Assembly (NCBI GenBank): GCA_963792585.1
Contig: CAWBWI010000006.1
Coordinates: forward strand, 832,001-896,000
Source of the DNA: Candidatus Eiseniibacteriota bacterium
GTDB lineage: Bacteria; Eisenbacteria; RBG-16-71-46; CAIMUX01; VGJL01
Reading direction: 5' to 3'
Length of the DNA: 64,000 bases
Each line of letters opens with the position of its first letter. Positions within the stretch are counted from its first letter, which is position 1. Under the pieces are notes generated by a model. The model ran no database searches. It worked only from the letters and a program-made list of their open reading frames with translations, and was not told the DNA's origin. Of the stretch, positions 27,773-37,052 are shown one piece after another. Position numbers and translations under genes: made by a program.

Positions 27773-27968
27773 TGAATTGAGGATCCGGCCCGCGACCCAA
27801 CGACAGGGGCCCGGCAGCGAAGCGGCGGCAGAGGGGGGAGGATCCCTCGAAAGCCTCCGCGCCCAGGGAGAACGGCTTCTGGCCGCGAGCGATGAGGCAA
27901 TCGACCGGGCCCTCTCGGGAGACAGCGAGGCATTCCACCGCGCGAACAGGCAACACGGAGGTCAGTAG
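27759..27968 (+). CDS. pup: Pup-like prokaryotic ubiquitin-like protein ending GGQ
   Basis: 69 aa, AAAGGAG RBS, low-complexity N-terminus, helical DEAIDRAL. C-terminus EAFHRANRQHGGQ* parallels Pup's FVRAYVQKGGQ. Overlaps the dop stop. Confidence 0.85.
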   Translation: MSPGDELRIRPATQRQGPGSEAAAEGGGSLESLRAQGERLLAASDEAIDRALSGDSEAFHRANRQHGGQ

Positions 27969-27970
27969 CC

Positions 27971-29623
27971 TTGGTTCCGCGCCTCATGGGGTTGGAGTCG
28001 GAGTACGCCCTCGCCGGCCATGGACCGGCGAGGGATTCCGCGGGCCCGGACGCGTTGCTCTCCCTGCTGCAGGAAACCGCCAGAAATCGGCTGCTGCATC
28101 TTTCCGGCATGCGGGACGCCGGGATCTTTCTGGCCAACGGATCGCGGTTCTACATCGACGCCGGCGGACACCCTGAGATGTGTTCTCCCGAGTGCACCAA
28201 CCCTTGGGATCTCGTTCGTTACTGCTTTGCAAATGAGCGCACGCTCTCCGGACTGCTCGACGCCATGCGTGGCTCCCTGCCGCCCGGCGCCGACCTCGCC
28301 CTGTACAAGTGCAACGTCGACTACGGCGGGACCCGCGCGACCTGGGGATGCCACGAGAGCTATCTCCACCGGATGGACCCCTGCCCGCTCCATGAGCAAC
28401 TGATCCCCCACCTCGTCTCGCGTGTCATCTATGCGGGGGCCGGAGGTTTCGACTCGACCTCTTCGGGTCTGACATTCCTGCTGTCGCCGCGCGCCGCCCA
28501 CATCTTCCGCGTCTCCTCGGATCAATCGACCGGGGACCGCGGGATCATTCACACGAAGGACGAATCCCTGACGAACCGCCGCTATCACCGCCTCCATCTG
28601 ATCCTGGGGGAGAGCCTCTGCTCCGAGACCGCGCTGTGGCTGAAGTTCGGGGTGACAGCGCTGATCGTCGGCATGGTCGAAGGAGGGCTCCTCCCGGGGC
28701 GCGACGTCGAACTCGCCGATCCGCTGGCCGCGTTCCGAACCTTCGCCGGGGATCCCACGTGCCGGGCGACCGCCCCATCCCGCGACGGGCGCCGGCTGAG
28801 CGCCCTCGCGATCCAGCGTGTCTACCTCGCGTATGCGGAATCGCACCTGGGCGCCGCGTTCATGCCCGAATGGACGGAACGTGTCTGCGCCGCGTGGCGG
28901 GGCTGCCTGGATCGCCTCGAGGGGGCCCCGACCTCGGTCGCAACCACCCTCGACTGGGCGATCAAGTACGCCCTCTTCACCGCCCACCTCCACCGTCAGG
29001 GAACGAGCTGGGAAGCAATGCTTTGCTGGACGGAGGTGATCGACGAGATCTATCGCTGCGCCCGGTTGGGTGGCATGACGGAGCGGCCCGTCACACTGGA
29101 GAAGCTGATCGGTCCCCGGGGGCCGATGCGCATGACCGCGGTCGGCCTCTCGCCGCTCCTGCGCGAACACGGCGAGGCCTGGGACCGGCTACCCCGTTTC
29201 CAGCAGGTGCGGCGCGAGCTGTTCGAGCTGGATGTGCGCTTCGGAGAGATCGGAATGCGCGGGCTCTTCAGTCGGATGGATCGCGCCGGCCTCCTATCGC
29301 ACAAAGTCGAAGGGGTGGAGCCGATCGATCCGGCCACCTCCGTTCCCCCGGCGGAGGGGCGGGCCCACCTGCGCGGAGAGTGGATCCGCCATCTCGCGAG
29401 CGCCCGCAAGCGGGCACAGTGCGACTGGGAGTCGGTCATGGACTATGAGCGCGGCCGGGTCCTCGATCTCGGCGACCCCTTCGCGACGGAGGAGACATGG
29501 ATGGACTTCCCGGAGTACGAGCGCAATGCGATGGGTCCGTCGGGATTCGGGCTCGCGGAGGACTCCCTCCGAATCCGGCGCATCCTCCTCCGTCGTCACC
29601 TGGCCGGCACGGAGGAGGGCTGA
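27971..29623 (+). CDS. pafA: PafA-like Pup-protein ligase
   Basis: RLMGLESEY, FLANGSRFYIDAGGHPE, WGCHESYL, LIPHLVSR...GAG, LSPRAAHI, RLHLILGE, LDWAIK, PP..RAHLRGEWI, DW, DPF. Starts 2 nt after the pup stop (TTG; ATG 27986 is an alternative). Confidence 0.85.
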   Translation: MVPRLMGLESEYALAGHGPARDSAGPDALLSLLQETARNRLLHLSGMRDAGIFLANGSRFYIDAGGHPEMCSPECTNPWDLVRYCFANERTLSGLLDAMRGSLPPGADLALYKCNVDYGGTRATWGCHESYLHRMDPCPLHEQLIPHLVSRVIYAGAGGFDSTSSGLTFLLSPRAAHIFRVSSDQSTGDRGIIHTKDESLTNRRYHRLHLILGESLCSETALWLKFGVTALIVGMVEGGLLPGRDVELADPLAAFRTFAGDPTCRATAPSRDGRRLSALAIQRVYLAYAESHLGAAFMPEWTERVCAAWRGCLDRLEGAPTSVATTLDWAIKYALFTAHLHRQGTSWEAMLCWTEVIDEIYRCARLGGMTERPVTLEKLIGPRGPMRMTAVGLSPLLREHGEAWDRLPRFQQVRRELFELDVRFGEIGMRGLFSRMDRAGLLSHKVEGVEPIDPATSVPPAEGRAHLRGEWIRHLASARKRAQCDWESVMDYERGRVLDLGDPFATEETWMDFPEYERNAMGPSGFGLAEDSLRIRRILLRRHLAGTEEG

Positions 29624-29804
29624 AGGCGGCGGAGGACGCAAGCCCGCGCCGCGCAGCTGCGCTTGCCGTTCGACTGAGTCTGTAAGACGCAGGTAAGAGG
29701 CGCCTGGGATCTTCCTCTCATCCACCCGACATCGGTTCCGTCACGCGCTCGGACGAGGGCGGAGAAGGGACCGGAGCCGTCGGGAGGAGAAAAGGAGGTC
29801 CAAG

Positions 29805-31343
29805 ATGACCACCCATGGGGCACTCGATCGGTTCTCCAGGTCCGACTCGCCCTCGAATCGAACCGCGGGATGGATGGCAGCGGCCGCGACGGCGGCGAGC
29901 GCACTTCTGCTGCTCGCTGCGATCGTGGGTGTCGCACAAGCCCGGATCTGTCTCTCGAACATGAAGATCAACAATGCGTCTCCGGTCCTGATCCACTGCG
30001 GGGACACGGTGAATCTCGACTGCTCCGTCGACTACGAGATCGACAACGAGACGATGAGCGCGGGCCCCTGCATCAATGTTGCCGCGCCCGCCGACCTCAC
30101 GGCGCAAATCTGGGACGACGACGGGTGGTTTGGACACGAATGGTACAAGTCATGGATGGTCACCATTCCGGATGACCCCCCGTCGGGGACGGTCAACTTC
30201 ACCATTCCGTTGGACTGCACCAGCGCACCCGAGTGCGAGGACTGCAAGATCCTGGGGGACGAAAACGAGGCCGAGGTCTTCCTAGCCTTCTGGAATGAGC
30301 TGAGTTGTCCGGGTTCCGCGGTCACGATCGCCCGCTGCATCTGCGGCAATTGCGGCCACCGGACCTCCCTGGGAGACGGCGGCGGCGTGCGGGGCACGGT
30401 GGCGACGTTCGACTGGAACACCGACGCGCCATTCCAGGCGGTGATGGGCTTCAGCGGCGCGATTCGGTTCGACCCGAACGCCTACCAGTACTCATCGCTG
30501 GTATTCACCGATCCCTTCGTCCAAGCCCACGCGCAGGTGACTCCGACCGCGACCGGCGTCGCATTCCAGGCTCATTTCCCGGCCCCGTACGACCTGCTGG
30601 TCGGCTCCTTCGGGCAACTGGATCTCGGAATCCTGCCGAACGCCCCGCTGGCGGAGACTTGGATCGCGTTCGATCCTCAGACGGTCTTCTTGGATCAGGC
30701 CGGGCAGTCGATTCCTTGCTGCAAGGTGGATGGAGTCGGACGCACCCTTCCGGTCGACCAAACCGCTCCGCAGATCATCGCGCCCCTCGTGACCTTCGAT
30801 TCCTGCACGCTGATGGGGCGGCCGGGAAGCATCGTGGATGAATACCTTGGGCTCGTTCCCAACTACGTCACGGTGGATGCGTACATGGGCAACGAGTATC
30901 TCGGATTTCGGGATGTCGATCCGGACGGGAGTTTTTCCTTCCCGAATCTCACGCTTCCGGCGGGATCGGTGATTCAATTCTTCGCGCACGACCGCAACGG
31001 AAACACGGGGCAGACCCAGTTCGGCCCGGCCGGGTCCTGCACCGCGACCGTCGATGAACCGTCTCTCGAGGCCGGCGGGATTCGGCTCGCGCCGAATCCG
31101 TTGCGTGATCGAGGGGTCATCACCTTCCATATCCCCGAAGCGGGCTCCGGGACGCTGGAGGTCCTGGACGCCGCCGGCCGCTCGGTGCGACGGATGGATC
31201 TGCCCGCACTCCGCGCGGGAACGCAGGAACTCCCGTGGGACGGCCGGGACGATCGTGGGGAGCTGCTTCCGTCGGGCATCTACTACTATCGTGTGCGGAC
31301 GGCCGATCGGCTGTTCCGTGGAAGCCTCGCGGTCATTCACTGA
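29805..31343 (+). CDS. Secreted Cys-containing protein with cohesin-like domain and C-terminal FlgD-Ig domain
   Basis: AAGGAGG RBS, hydrophobic signal, GFSGAIRFDP cohesin-like motif, C-terminal APNP...WDGRDD...SGIYYYRV. Confidence 0.7.
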   Translation: MTTHGALDRFSRSDSPSNRTAGWMAAAATAASALLLLAAIVGVAQARICLSNMKINNASPVLIHCGDTVNLDCSVDYEIDNETMSAGPCINVAAPADLTAQIWDDDGWFGHEWYKSWMVTIPDDPPSGTVNFTIPLDCTSAPECEDCKILGDENEAEVFLAFWNELSCPGSAVTIARCICGNCGHRTSLGDGGGVRGTVATFDWNTDAPFQAVMGFSGAIRFDPNAYQYSSLVFTDPFVQAHAQVTPTATGVAFQAHFPAPYDLLVGSFGQLDLGILPNAPLAETWIAFDPQTVFLDQAGQSIPCCKVDGVGRTLPVDQTAPQIIAPLVTFDSCTLMGRPGSIVDEYLGLVPNYVTVDAYMGNEYLGFRDVDPDGSFSFPNLTLPAGSVIQFFAHDRNGNTGQTQFGPAGSCTATVDEPSLEAGGIRLAPNPLRDRGVITFHIPEAGSGTLEVLDAAGRSVRRMDLPALRAGTQELPWDGRDDRGELLPSGIYYYRVRTADRLFRGSLAVIH

Positions 31344-31460
31344 TCCGGGGGCGGGTTCACCAGTCGGGTCCCGGTGATCGCGGCGTGCGATCGCCGGGAC
31401 TTGACGCTATCCTGAGATCCACCCCCAGCCGATAGGGTGCCGCCGACCAGGGAGGACCTC

Positions 31461-31844
31461 GTGAACCGGGAACCGATCGACCCCGCCGGGCTCGCCACGC
31501 TCGCCACGATCGAGCGGTTCAACGCGGCATTCAACCTTCACGACGTACCGGCCATCATGGCGCTGATGACGGATGACTGTGTCTTCGAGAGCACGCGTCC
31601 GACGCCGGATGGACAGAAGGTCGCCGGCCGGGTCGCAGTGCGGCAATTCTGGGAGGAGTTCTTCGGTCGATCGCCCCATGCGAGATTCGAGACCGAAGAG
31701 GCGTTCGCGACCGGGGATCGCGCCGTCGTCCGTTGGGTCTACCACTGGGTACGGGATGGCGTTCCAGGACATGTCCGCGGAATCGATCTCTTCCGCGTCC
31801 GGGACGGTAAAGTGGCCGAGAAGATGTCGTACGTGAAAGGGTGA
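31461..31844 (+). CDS. SnoaL-like / NTF2 family protein
   Basis: GGAGG RBS then GTG; FNAAFNLHD...LMTDDCVF...GDRAVVRW...RGIDLFRVRDGKVAEK. Confidence 0.85.
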   Translation: MNREPIDPAGLATLATIERFNAAFNLHDVPAIMALMTDDCVFESTRPTPDGQKVAGRVAVRQFWEEFFGRSPHARFETEEAFATGDRAVVRWVYHWVRDGVPGHVRGIDLFRVRDGKVAEKMSYVKG

Positions 31845-31933
31845 TCGCCGGATCCGATCCGCGCGTCCATGATTCTCGGAGTGGACCCTGATCGCCGGCG
31901 GATCCCGACGCTCCCGGCCCTAAGGCCGTCCCG

Positions 31934-33457
31934 TCACTCGAGGATTCGCCATTCCACACGCGACGGATCGCTCCGTCCGATTCTCTTGAGTTCATCGAGC
32001 GCCCGGGTGAGAGCCTGCGGTCCGCCAAGCTTCATCACGATCACGGTTCGCCCCTCCGCGGTTCCCACGAGCAGGACGTCGCGCGTCTCCTCCCGCAACT
32101 CCCGGAGCCGATCGGTCAACAGGGGAAGCTCCGTTTCGAGCGCTGACAACTGATCGGTCTGCCCGGAACCGACGGCCACGATCAGCGTCGCGCCCTGCTC
32201 GCGAACGTAGCCGAGGGCCCCCTCCCCGTCCGCGGGCTCGGAGGAATAGATGCTCGAGATGCGGAATTGTCTGCGCATCGCGTCGCGGACTTCCGCGGAG
32301 CGCATCGTCTCCCCGTCCGTGAGGAGGACGATCTCGCGGAACAGGGCATCGAACTGGAACGGCGCATCCGGGAATTTCGCCTGGAAAATCTCAACGCTCT
32401 GCCGGGCAAACGCCCGGTCGAGCGTCCTCCCCTGCGTGAGGTAGTCCGTCACCAGCGGGGAAATCGCTTTGGCGAACCCGTCGATCGCCGCATCCGCATA
32501 CCACTGGGTCTCGTCCCGATGTCCCGTCACCTGCTCGAAGCCCCACCCGTTTCCGACGGCCGTGGCGAGGGCTTCGTTGATCAGGGAGTGGGCGACTTTG
32601 GAGTGCGGCGTGCCGATGTCTGCATAGAATGACTCGAATTCCCTCTGGAATGCCGCGGACTGAGACTCGTACAGTGAGTGGCACATCTCGTGAAACATCA
32701 CTGCGAACCGACCGGGAAGGTCCTCCTCGTCGAGGAGCACTGCGACCGTTTCCAGGCTACCCACGGATTCGGCGCTGGTGCTCCCCTGCTTCGCCGGGAT
32801 TGGGTAGAGCGCGACGGTGAAGGGCAGGTCTCGCGGCCAGGCGGCCCCATAGAAAAGCGCGGCCGCATCGAACATCACGTCGAGTTGCGCCTCGGGGGCG
32901 ATCCGTTGGAACCGCGCAACGTAGTCGACGAGCTTTGTCTCGTTGGATCTCCAGATCAGGGAATCGTAGATCGCCTCGAACGACGAGAGGATCTCGAAGT
33001 AGCGGTCCTGCTGGGCAAGAGGCAGGAGACCCTGCGTCGTCCTCCGCAGTTCGGTCAGATCGCGGGCATCCAGGGTGCGCCACGTGAACAGCTGTTCGAG
33101 CGTGGCGCCGTTGGGACGACCCGACGGGAATCCCTCGAAATCCACCCCCTGCTGCAGATTGCGGTGGATCGCCTTGAACTCGGCGATCCGCGCCTGGGTC
33201 TCCGGCGTGTTGTAGGGACTCGCGCGGAAGATGTCGCCGAGAACGCGCGGGCGGCTCGGAACATCCGCGATCGTGGTGGCGAACATGAAGAGACCGAAGA
33301 TGCGGCCCGTGCGGTATTCGACGCGGACTGCCGCCAGAGAGGGAATCGAAAGGACGCCGAGGAGGCATGCGAGAATGAATGTCGAGGCGACGCGGCACGC
33401 GCCGCGCCGCGGGCCCGATGGATGTCCATCCACACAGGCCGCCGTCTGCTCAGCCAC
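31934..33457 (-). CDS. Secreted putative zinc metallopeptidase (HEXXH)
   Basis: Signal peptide; FHEMCH followed by NEALA (gluzincin-like third ligand). Start overlaps the DUF1801 gene stop. Confidence 0.6.
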   Translation of the reverse strand: MAEQTAACVDGHPSGPRRGACRVASTFILACLLGVLSIPSLAAVRVEYRTGRIFGLFMFATTIADVPSRPRVLGDIFRASPYNTPETQARIAEFKAIHRNLQQGVDFEGFPSGRPNGATLEQLFTWRTLDARDLTELRRTTQGLLPLAQQDRYFEILSSFEAIYDSLIWRSNETKLVDYVARFQRIAPEAQLDVMFDAAALFYGAAWPRDLPFTVALYPIPAKQGSTSAESVGSLETVAVLLDEEDLPGRFAVMFHEMCHSLYESQSAAFQREFESFYADIGTPHSKVAHSLINEALATAVGNGWGFEQVTGHRDETQWYADAAIDGFAKAISPLVTDYLTQGRTLDRAFARQSVEIFQAKFPDAPFQFDALFREIVLLTDGETMRSAEVRDAMRRQFRISSIYSSEPADGEGALGYVREQGATLIVAVGSGQTDQLSALETELPLLTDRLRELREETRDVLLVGTAEGRTVIVMKLGGPQALTRALDELKRIGRSDPSRVEWRILE

Positions 33458-33908
33458 GTCCCTTTCTCCCGCCCCGGATTTCCTTGGCTCTCCGAATGTA
33501 CTCCTCCATCGGAAGCGTCGCGATCGCCCGGCCGATCACGTCGAGGGGAAGATCCTCCGCCGTCTTGAATCGCACACACGACTTCCCGGCATCGAGACGT
33601 TTGCCGCTCGTCTTGAAGTCGGCTTCGAATTTCTCACGCGCCGGGCCGTCCATGTAGATCGCCATGAGGTAGACGGAGTTGTAGTTCTTCTGCGCCCCGA
33701 GGGCCGCATACAGGAGCGGCTGGCCGTTGTAGGTGTCCGGATAGGCTTCCAGTGGGACGTAGTAGCCGATGAGCCCGAACGACACCCCCTCCTCGTAGCC
33801 CTTCGGCAGATGTTTGCGGATCGTCTTGCGCACGGTCTCGATTGCCTTGCGGCGGTCCTCGGGCAGCGCGGCGAGGTACTCTGCCACCGTCATTGCGTCG
33901 CTCTTCAT
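33450..33908 (-). CDS. DUF1801 domain protein
   Basis: TVAEYLAALPEDRR...YEEG...YYVP...ALGAQKNY...DAGKSCVRFK; AGGAG RBS. Confidence 0.85.
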   Translation of the reverse strand: MKSDAMTVAEYLAALPEDRRKAIETVRKTIRKHLPKGYEEGVSFGLIGYYVPLEAYPDTYNGQPLLYAALGAQKNYNSVYLMAIYMDGPAREKFEADFKTSGKRLDAGKSCVRFKTAEDLPLDVIGRAIATLPMEEYIRRAKEIRGGRKGRG

Positions 33909-33915
33909 GGGTCTC

Positions 33916-36909
33916 CTATTGCAGTACGACCAGCTTGGCCGTGCGGATCTCACCGGCCGCGGCAAGCCTGCACAAGTACAATCCCGATGCAGCGGTCCGG
34001 GCATCCCACACGGCGGTGTGCCATCCCGCCGTCTGGACGCCGTCGGCGATGCGGGCCACGCGCCTCCCGGTCACGTCGAAGACTTCCAGGCGCACTTGGC
34101 CGGCCCGGGGCAGGAGATACTCGATCGTGGCGGTGCTCCGCGTGGGATTCGGCCTGCCTCCGCGAAGCTCGATCTCCGGCCGTCGTCCGAACGCATCGTC
34201 GGACACGAGGGATGGCGAGGGTTCCGCACGGACGTCTTCCCACCGGACGACCGCGTTCGCCGACGCCGCTGTGAAACGGACCTGGATGTAGCGAATGTTG
34301 CTCGGATAGGGAAGAGCGAGCGGCAGGTCGGCCGCCTGCCAGGGTTCCCACTCGATCAAGCGAACGTCGTCGAACCAAGCATAGTTCTCACCGGACTCGG
34401 GCTTGTCCATGTGCGGACGCAAATTGAAGAAGTGGGCCGATTCGGTCGCTACGAAGTCGCTCCAGAGATACGTCCAGTCGGCCGTGCCGCTGATCGGCGC
34501 CCCCGCCTCCTGCGACGCAAGGAGCTGTCCCCCCCGGCTGGCGAAGACCCTCGCGAGGATCCCCGCGGAGACCGCGCTCTGCGTCTTCACCCATCCGCAC
34601 ACCGAAAAGTCGGTTCCGCCGAGGGCGGCGGGGTAGCCGTCGAGATCCGTCTGGACCGGCCCGGTGTTGTTCGAGGTGCGGTGCTGTCGGAGCGAACGCA
34701 CGCCGGAGTGTGCGGTCGTGGCGTCGTAGACCTCATCGGCGCTGTTGAGATTCCAGAAGGTGGCCCCTTCTTGCTCCATGCTCCCATGCCAGAGGATCTC
34801 GCGGCCGACACGAACCTCCGCGAGGCCCGCACCTTCGACCGCCGTGACGCGAGAGAGCGTCCCGAGCCCCTCCCTCTCGATCGGGATCGAGACGTAACGG
34901 CCCTCGATCTGGCTGAGCGGAACGGTCGCCTCGTGCGCTTCGGGCGTCCAGACGATGCTTTCCGGATGAAGCTGAATCGTCCCCATCATCGCCTCGGGAT
35001 CGACGGTGACGATGGTGTTCAGTTCGCGCGAGTAGTCTGCTTGCCTGTCGAGAATCTCCCTCCCCAGTCGACCCGACGCGGGTTGGGGGATCTTTTCATC
35101 GATGAAGGCGGGTCGGAATGTGAAAGAGCGGAATCCGCTCTTCGTGAACTCCGAGTTCAGCACGAGGGTCGGCATCGTCTCGGCAAAGGACTGATCGAAG
35201 ACGAAGTTGCCGAGGGAGTGCGCGATCAGGACCCCGTAGTAGACCTCGAATCCCTGCAGTACATGGGGATGGTGGGCGATCACGAGATCCGCCCCCTCGT
35301 CGACAGCCCGCCATTTGAGTTGCCGGTCCGTGAAGGATGGGCGGGTCGGGAAGCGGACGTCCATCATACCGGGCACCGGTCCCTCGGCGTCGAGAGCCGC
35401 CTCGAGGGCGGCCGGGTCGACATCCCTCTTTCCCGGATCGATGGCGTACTCGATCCCGGCATGGAGCTGCACGACGGTGAGATCCGCCAGCGGCTTGGTG
35501 GCCGCGATCGAGATCCCGAGTTGCGGCTCGATCAGGTAGGCGAATCCGAGCTTGTTCATCGCGGCGTCCAGGAACGGCTGATAGTTGTACTCGCGCCCGG
35601 TTCGGTTACACATCCCCAGGAATGCGATCGACGTCCCCCGCTCGGTCCAGTACGTCGGCGTGAACGCCTGGTATTCATCCAGCCCGGCGCCGGTCCAGCG
35701 GATCCGGGCACCGTCGAGCGTCTCGATCGTCTCCTCGAGCCCGCGCCGCATGTAGTCGGCCGCGTGGTTGTTCCCGAGGGAGACGACGTCGATGCCGGCA
35801 TAGACGAGGCCGGCCACGTTCGACGGCCTCGCCCGGAAGACGATCGACTTCGTCGGGTGCCGTTCCCCCTCGTCCGTGAAGGGCATCTCGTTGTTGCAGA
35901 CGCTGATGTCGGCCGCATCGCCGTAGATCGGCTTCGTTGGAATGAACATCCACTCCGGTCCATGCTGATCGATCAGGCCACCGGGTTCGTCGTAGGCGCG
36001 GGCGAGCATCACGTCGCCCACGAAGTTCATCTTCACGGGCGGATCGAAGCCGCCCGGGTCAACACGCACCTCCAAGGTGTCGTGACCCCACATCCCGCTC
36101 TCGTCGCGCACATCGAGCGACACGGTGTATGTATGGTCCGACGTGACGATGAAATCGTGGCTCGGGTCCTGCAGGTTGCTGAAGGTGCTGTCGCCGAAAT
36201 CCCACGAATAGGTCCACTGCTGGCTGTCCGGGTCATCGACCTGTGCGTGGAAGTTCACGGAGACCCGCCAGAGGCCCGCGCGCACAGATTGAACATTCTG
36301 CCGACCCTGCACGATCTCGACTCCAGGAGCCACGGGCAGGTCGGAGGTCACGTCGACGATATCGTCGAAGAGGACGATCCCCTTGAGCCCCGCATCTCGA
36401 TCGTTGAGGTAGATCAGGCGGGAGACGCTGGGGTAGTAGCCGTATCGCGCATACCAATCGCGCCCCACGGGCAGCAGGTACTCGTTCCAGACGCCGGTCT
36501 CGAACGCGCCCTGGTACGAGACGTCCCAATCGCTCCCCGACTGGAGCTGGGTGCCCGCGAATGCGTAGAAGAGCCGGTTCACGCCGTCGTCGATGCCGAA
36601 GCCCTGGATCTCACCGAGCTCCTCGATGTATGCGGCAACGCCCCAAACCGTCCCCGCCTCGATCGGGTAGGCGACGATCGGTTGGGCTTTCCAGGTATTG
36701 CCGAACAGGCGCAACGAGTAGTTCGAATCGTTGTGGGAGTTCGCGTGGGTGAGGCTCCAGTCGTTCGGATCGATGTCCTGGTCCTCGTAGGACTCGAGAA
36801 CGACCTGACCCGACTCGAAATCGGCAAGGACGACACCCCGAACCGCCTGGGCGGAAGCGGTGGAAGCCAGGAGCGCGACCAGACAGGCGGCAAGTGCGAA
36901 CCGGAGCAT
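33916..36909 (-). CDS. CapA-family (PGA_cap metallophosphoesterase) protein fused to PKD, CBM-like and FlgD-Ig domains
   Basis: Signal peptide; YSWDFGD PKD motif; FVGDVML, NNEMP, SLGNNHAADY, LHAGIEY, HHPHVLQ, SLGNFVFDQ; C-terminal PNP...WDA...SGLYLCRL. Confidence 0.85.
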   Translation of the reverse strand: MLRFALAACLVALLASTASAQAVRGVVLADFESGQVVLESYEDQDIDPNDWSLTHANSHNDSNYSLRLFGNTWKAQPIVAYPIEAGTVWGVAAYIEELGEIQGFGIDDGVNRLFYAFAGTQLQSGSDWDVSYQGAFETGVWNEYLLPVGRDWYARYGYYPSVSRLIYLNDRDAGLKGIVLFDDIVDVTSDLPVAPGVEIVQGRQNVQSVRAGLWRVSVNFHAQVDDPDSQQWTYSWDFGDSTFSNLQDPSHDFIVTSDHTYTVSLDVRDESGMWGHDTLEVRVDPGGFDPPVKMNFVGDVMLARAYDEPGGLIDQHGPEWMFIPTKPIYGDAADISVCNNEMPFTDEGERHPTKSIVFRARPSNVAGLVYAGIDVVSLGNNHAADYMRRGLEETIETLDGARIRWTGAGLDEYQAFTPTYWTERGTSIAFLGMCNRTGREYNYQPFLDAAMNKLGFAYLIEPQLGISIAATKPLADLTVVQLHAGIEYAIDPGKRDVDPAALEAALDAEGPVPGMMDVRFPTRPSFTDRQLKWRAVDEGADLVIAHHPHVLQGFEVYYGVLIAHSLGNFVFDQSFAETMPTLVLNSEFTKSGFRSFTFRPAFIDEKIPQPASGRLGREILDRQADYSRELNTIVTVDPEAMMGTIQLHPESIVWTPEAHEATVPLSQIEGRYVSIPIEREGLGTLSRVTAVEGAGLAEVRVGREILWHGSMEQEGATFWNLNSADEVYDATTAHSGVRSLRQHRTSNNTGPVQTDLDGYPAALGGTDFSVCGWVKTQSAVSAGILARVFASRGGQLLASQEAGAPISGTADWTYLWSDFVATESAHFFNLRPHMDKPESGENYAWFDDVRLIEWEPWQAADLPLALPYPSNIRYIQVRFTAASANAVVRWEDVRAEPSPSLVSDDAFGRRPEIELRGGRPNPTRSTATIEYLLPRAGQVRLEVFDVTGRRVARIADGVQTAGWHTAVWDARTAASGLYLCRLAAAGEIRTAKLVVLQ

Positions 36910-36957
36910 CCCTCAGTCCTCCTAACATACGATGCGGCGCATGAATGCGACCCCACG

Positions 36958-36966
36958 ATCATACCA
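36958..36966 (-). promoter_or_regulatory. Extended -10 element (TGGTATGAT) for the CapA-family gene
   Basis: The reverse complement of ATCATACCA lies about 49 nt upstream of ATG 36909. A TACACT at 37007-37012 may serve the divergent gene. Confidence 0.45.
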
Positions 36967-37052
36967 CGCCGAGGGCTCCCCCCTTGCCCCCATCCCGCCG
37001 AAGACGTACACTGAATGGGCGCGAAACCGGCCGATCCGAGGAGAGCAACCCC

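Noticed and set aside
27759..27968. Calling the small tag UBact
   Set aside because: The C-terminus is QHGGQ (Pup-like di-Gly), not R[T/S]G[E/Q].
16000..29800. Mobile element or prophage boundaries around the Ubl/Pup cluster
   Set aside because: No integrase, transposase, tRNA or flanking direct repeats seen; only a compositional hint at the left end.
29624..29804. Possible riboswitch or ncRNA in this gap (also 18960-19090 and 47460-47760)
   Set aside because: GC-rich hairpins only; I could not match a known riboswitch consensus without a covariance search.
33814..37014. 1066-aa plus-strand ORF, and similar long antisense ORFs at 25973, 37074, 45077, 52293 and 55176
   Set aside because: Each lies opposite a gene with clear family motifs and has no recognisable domain.
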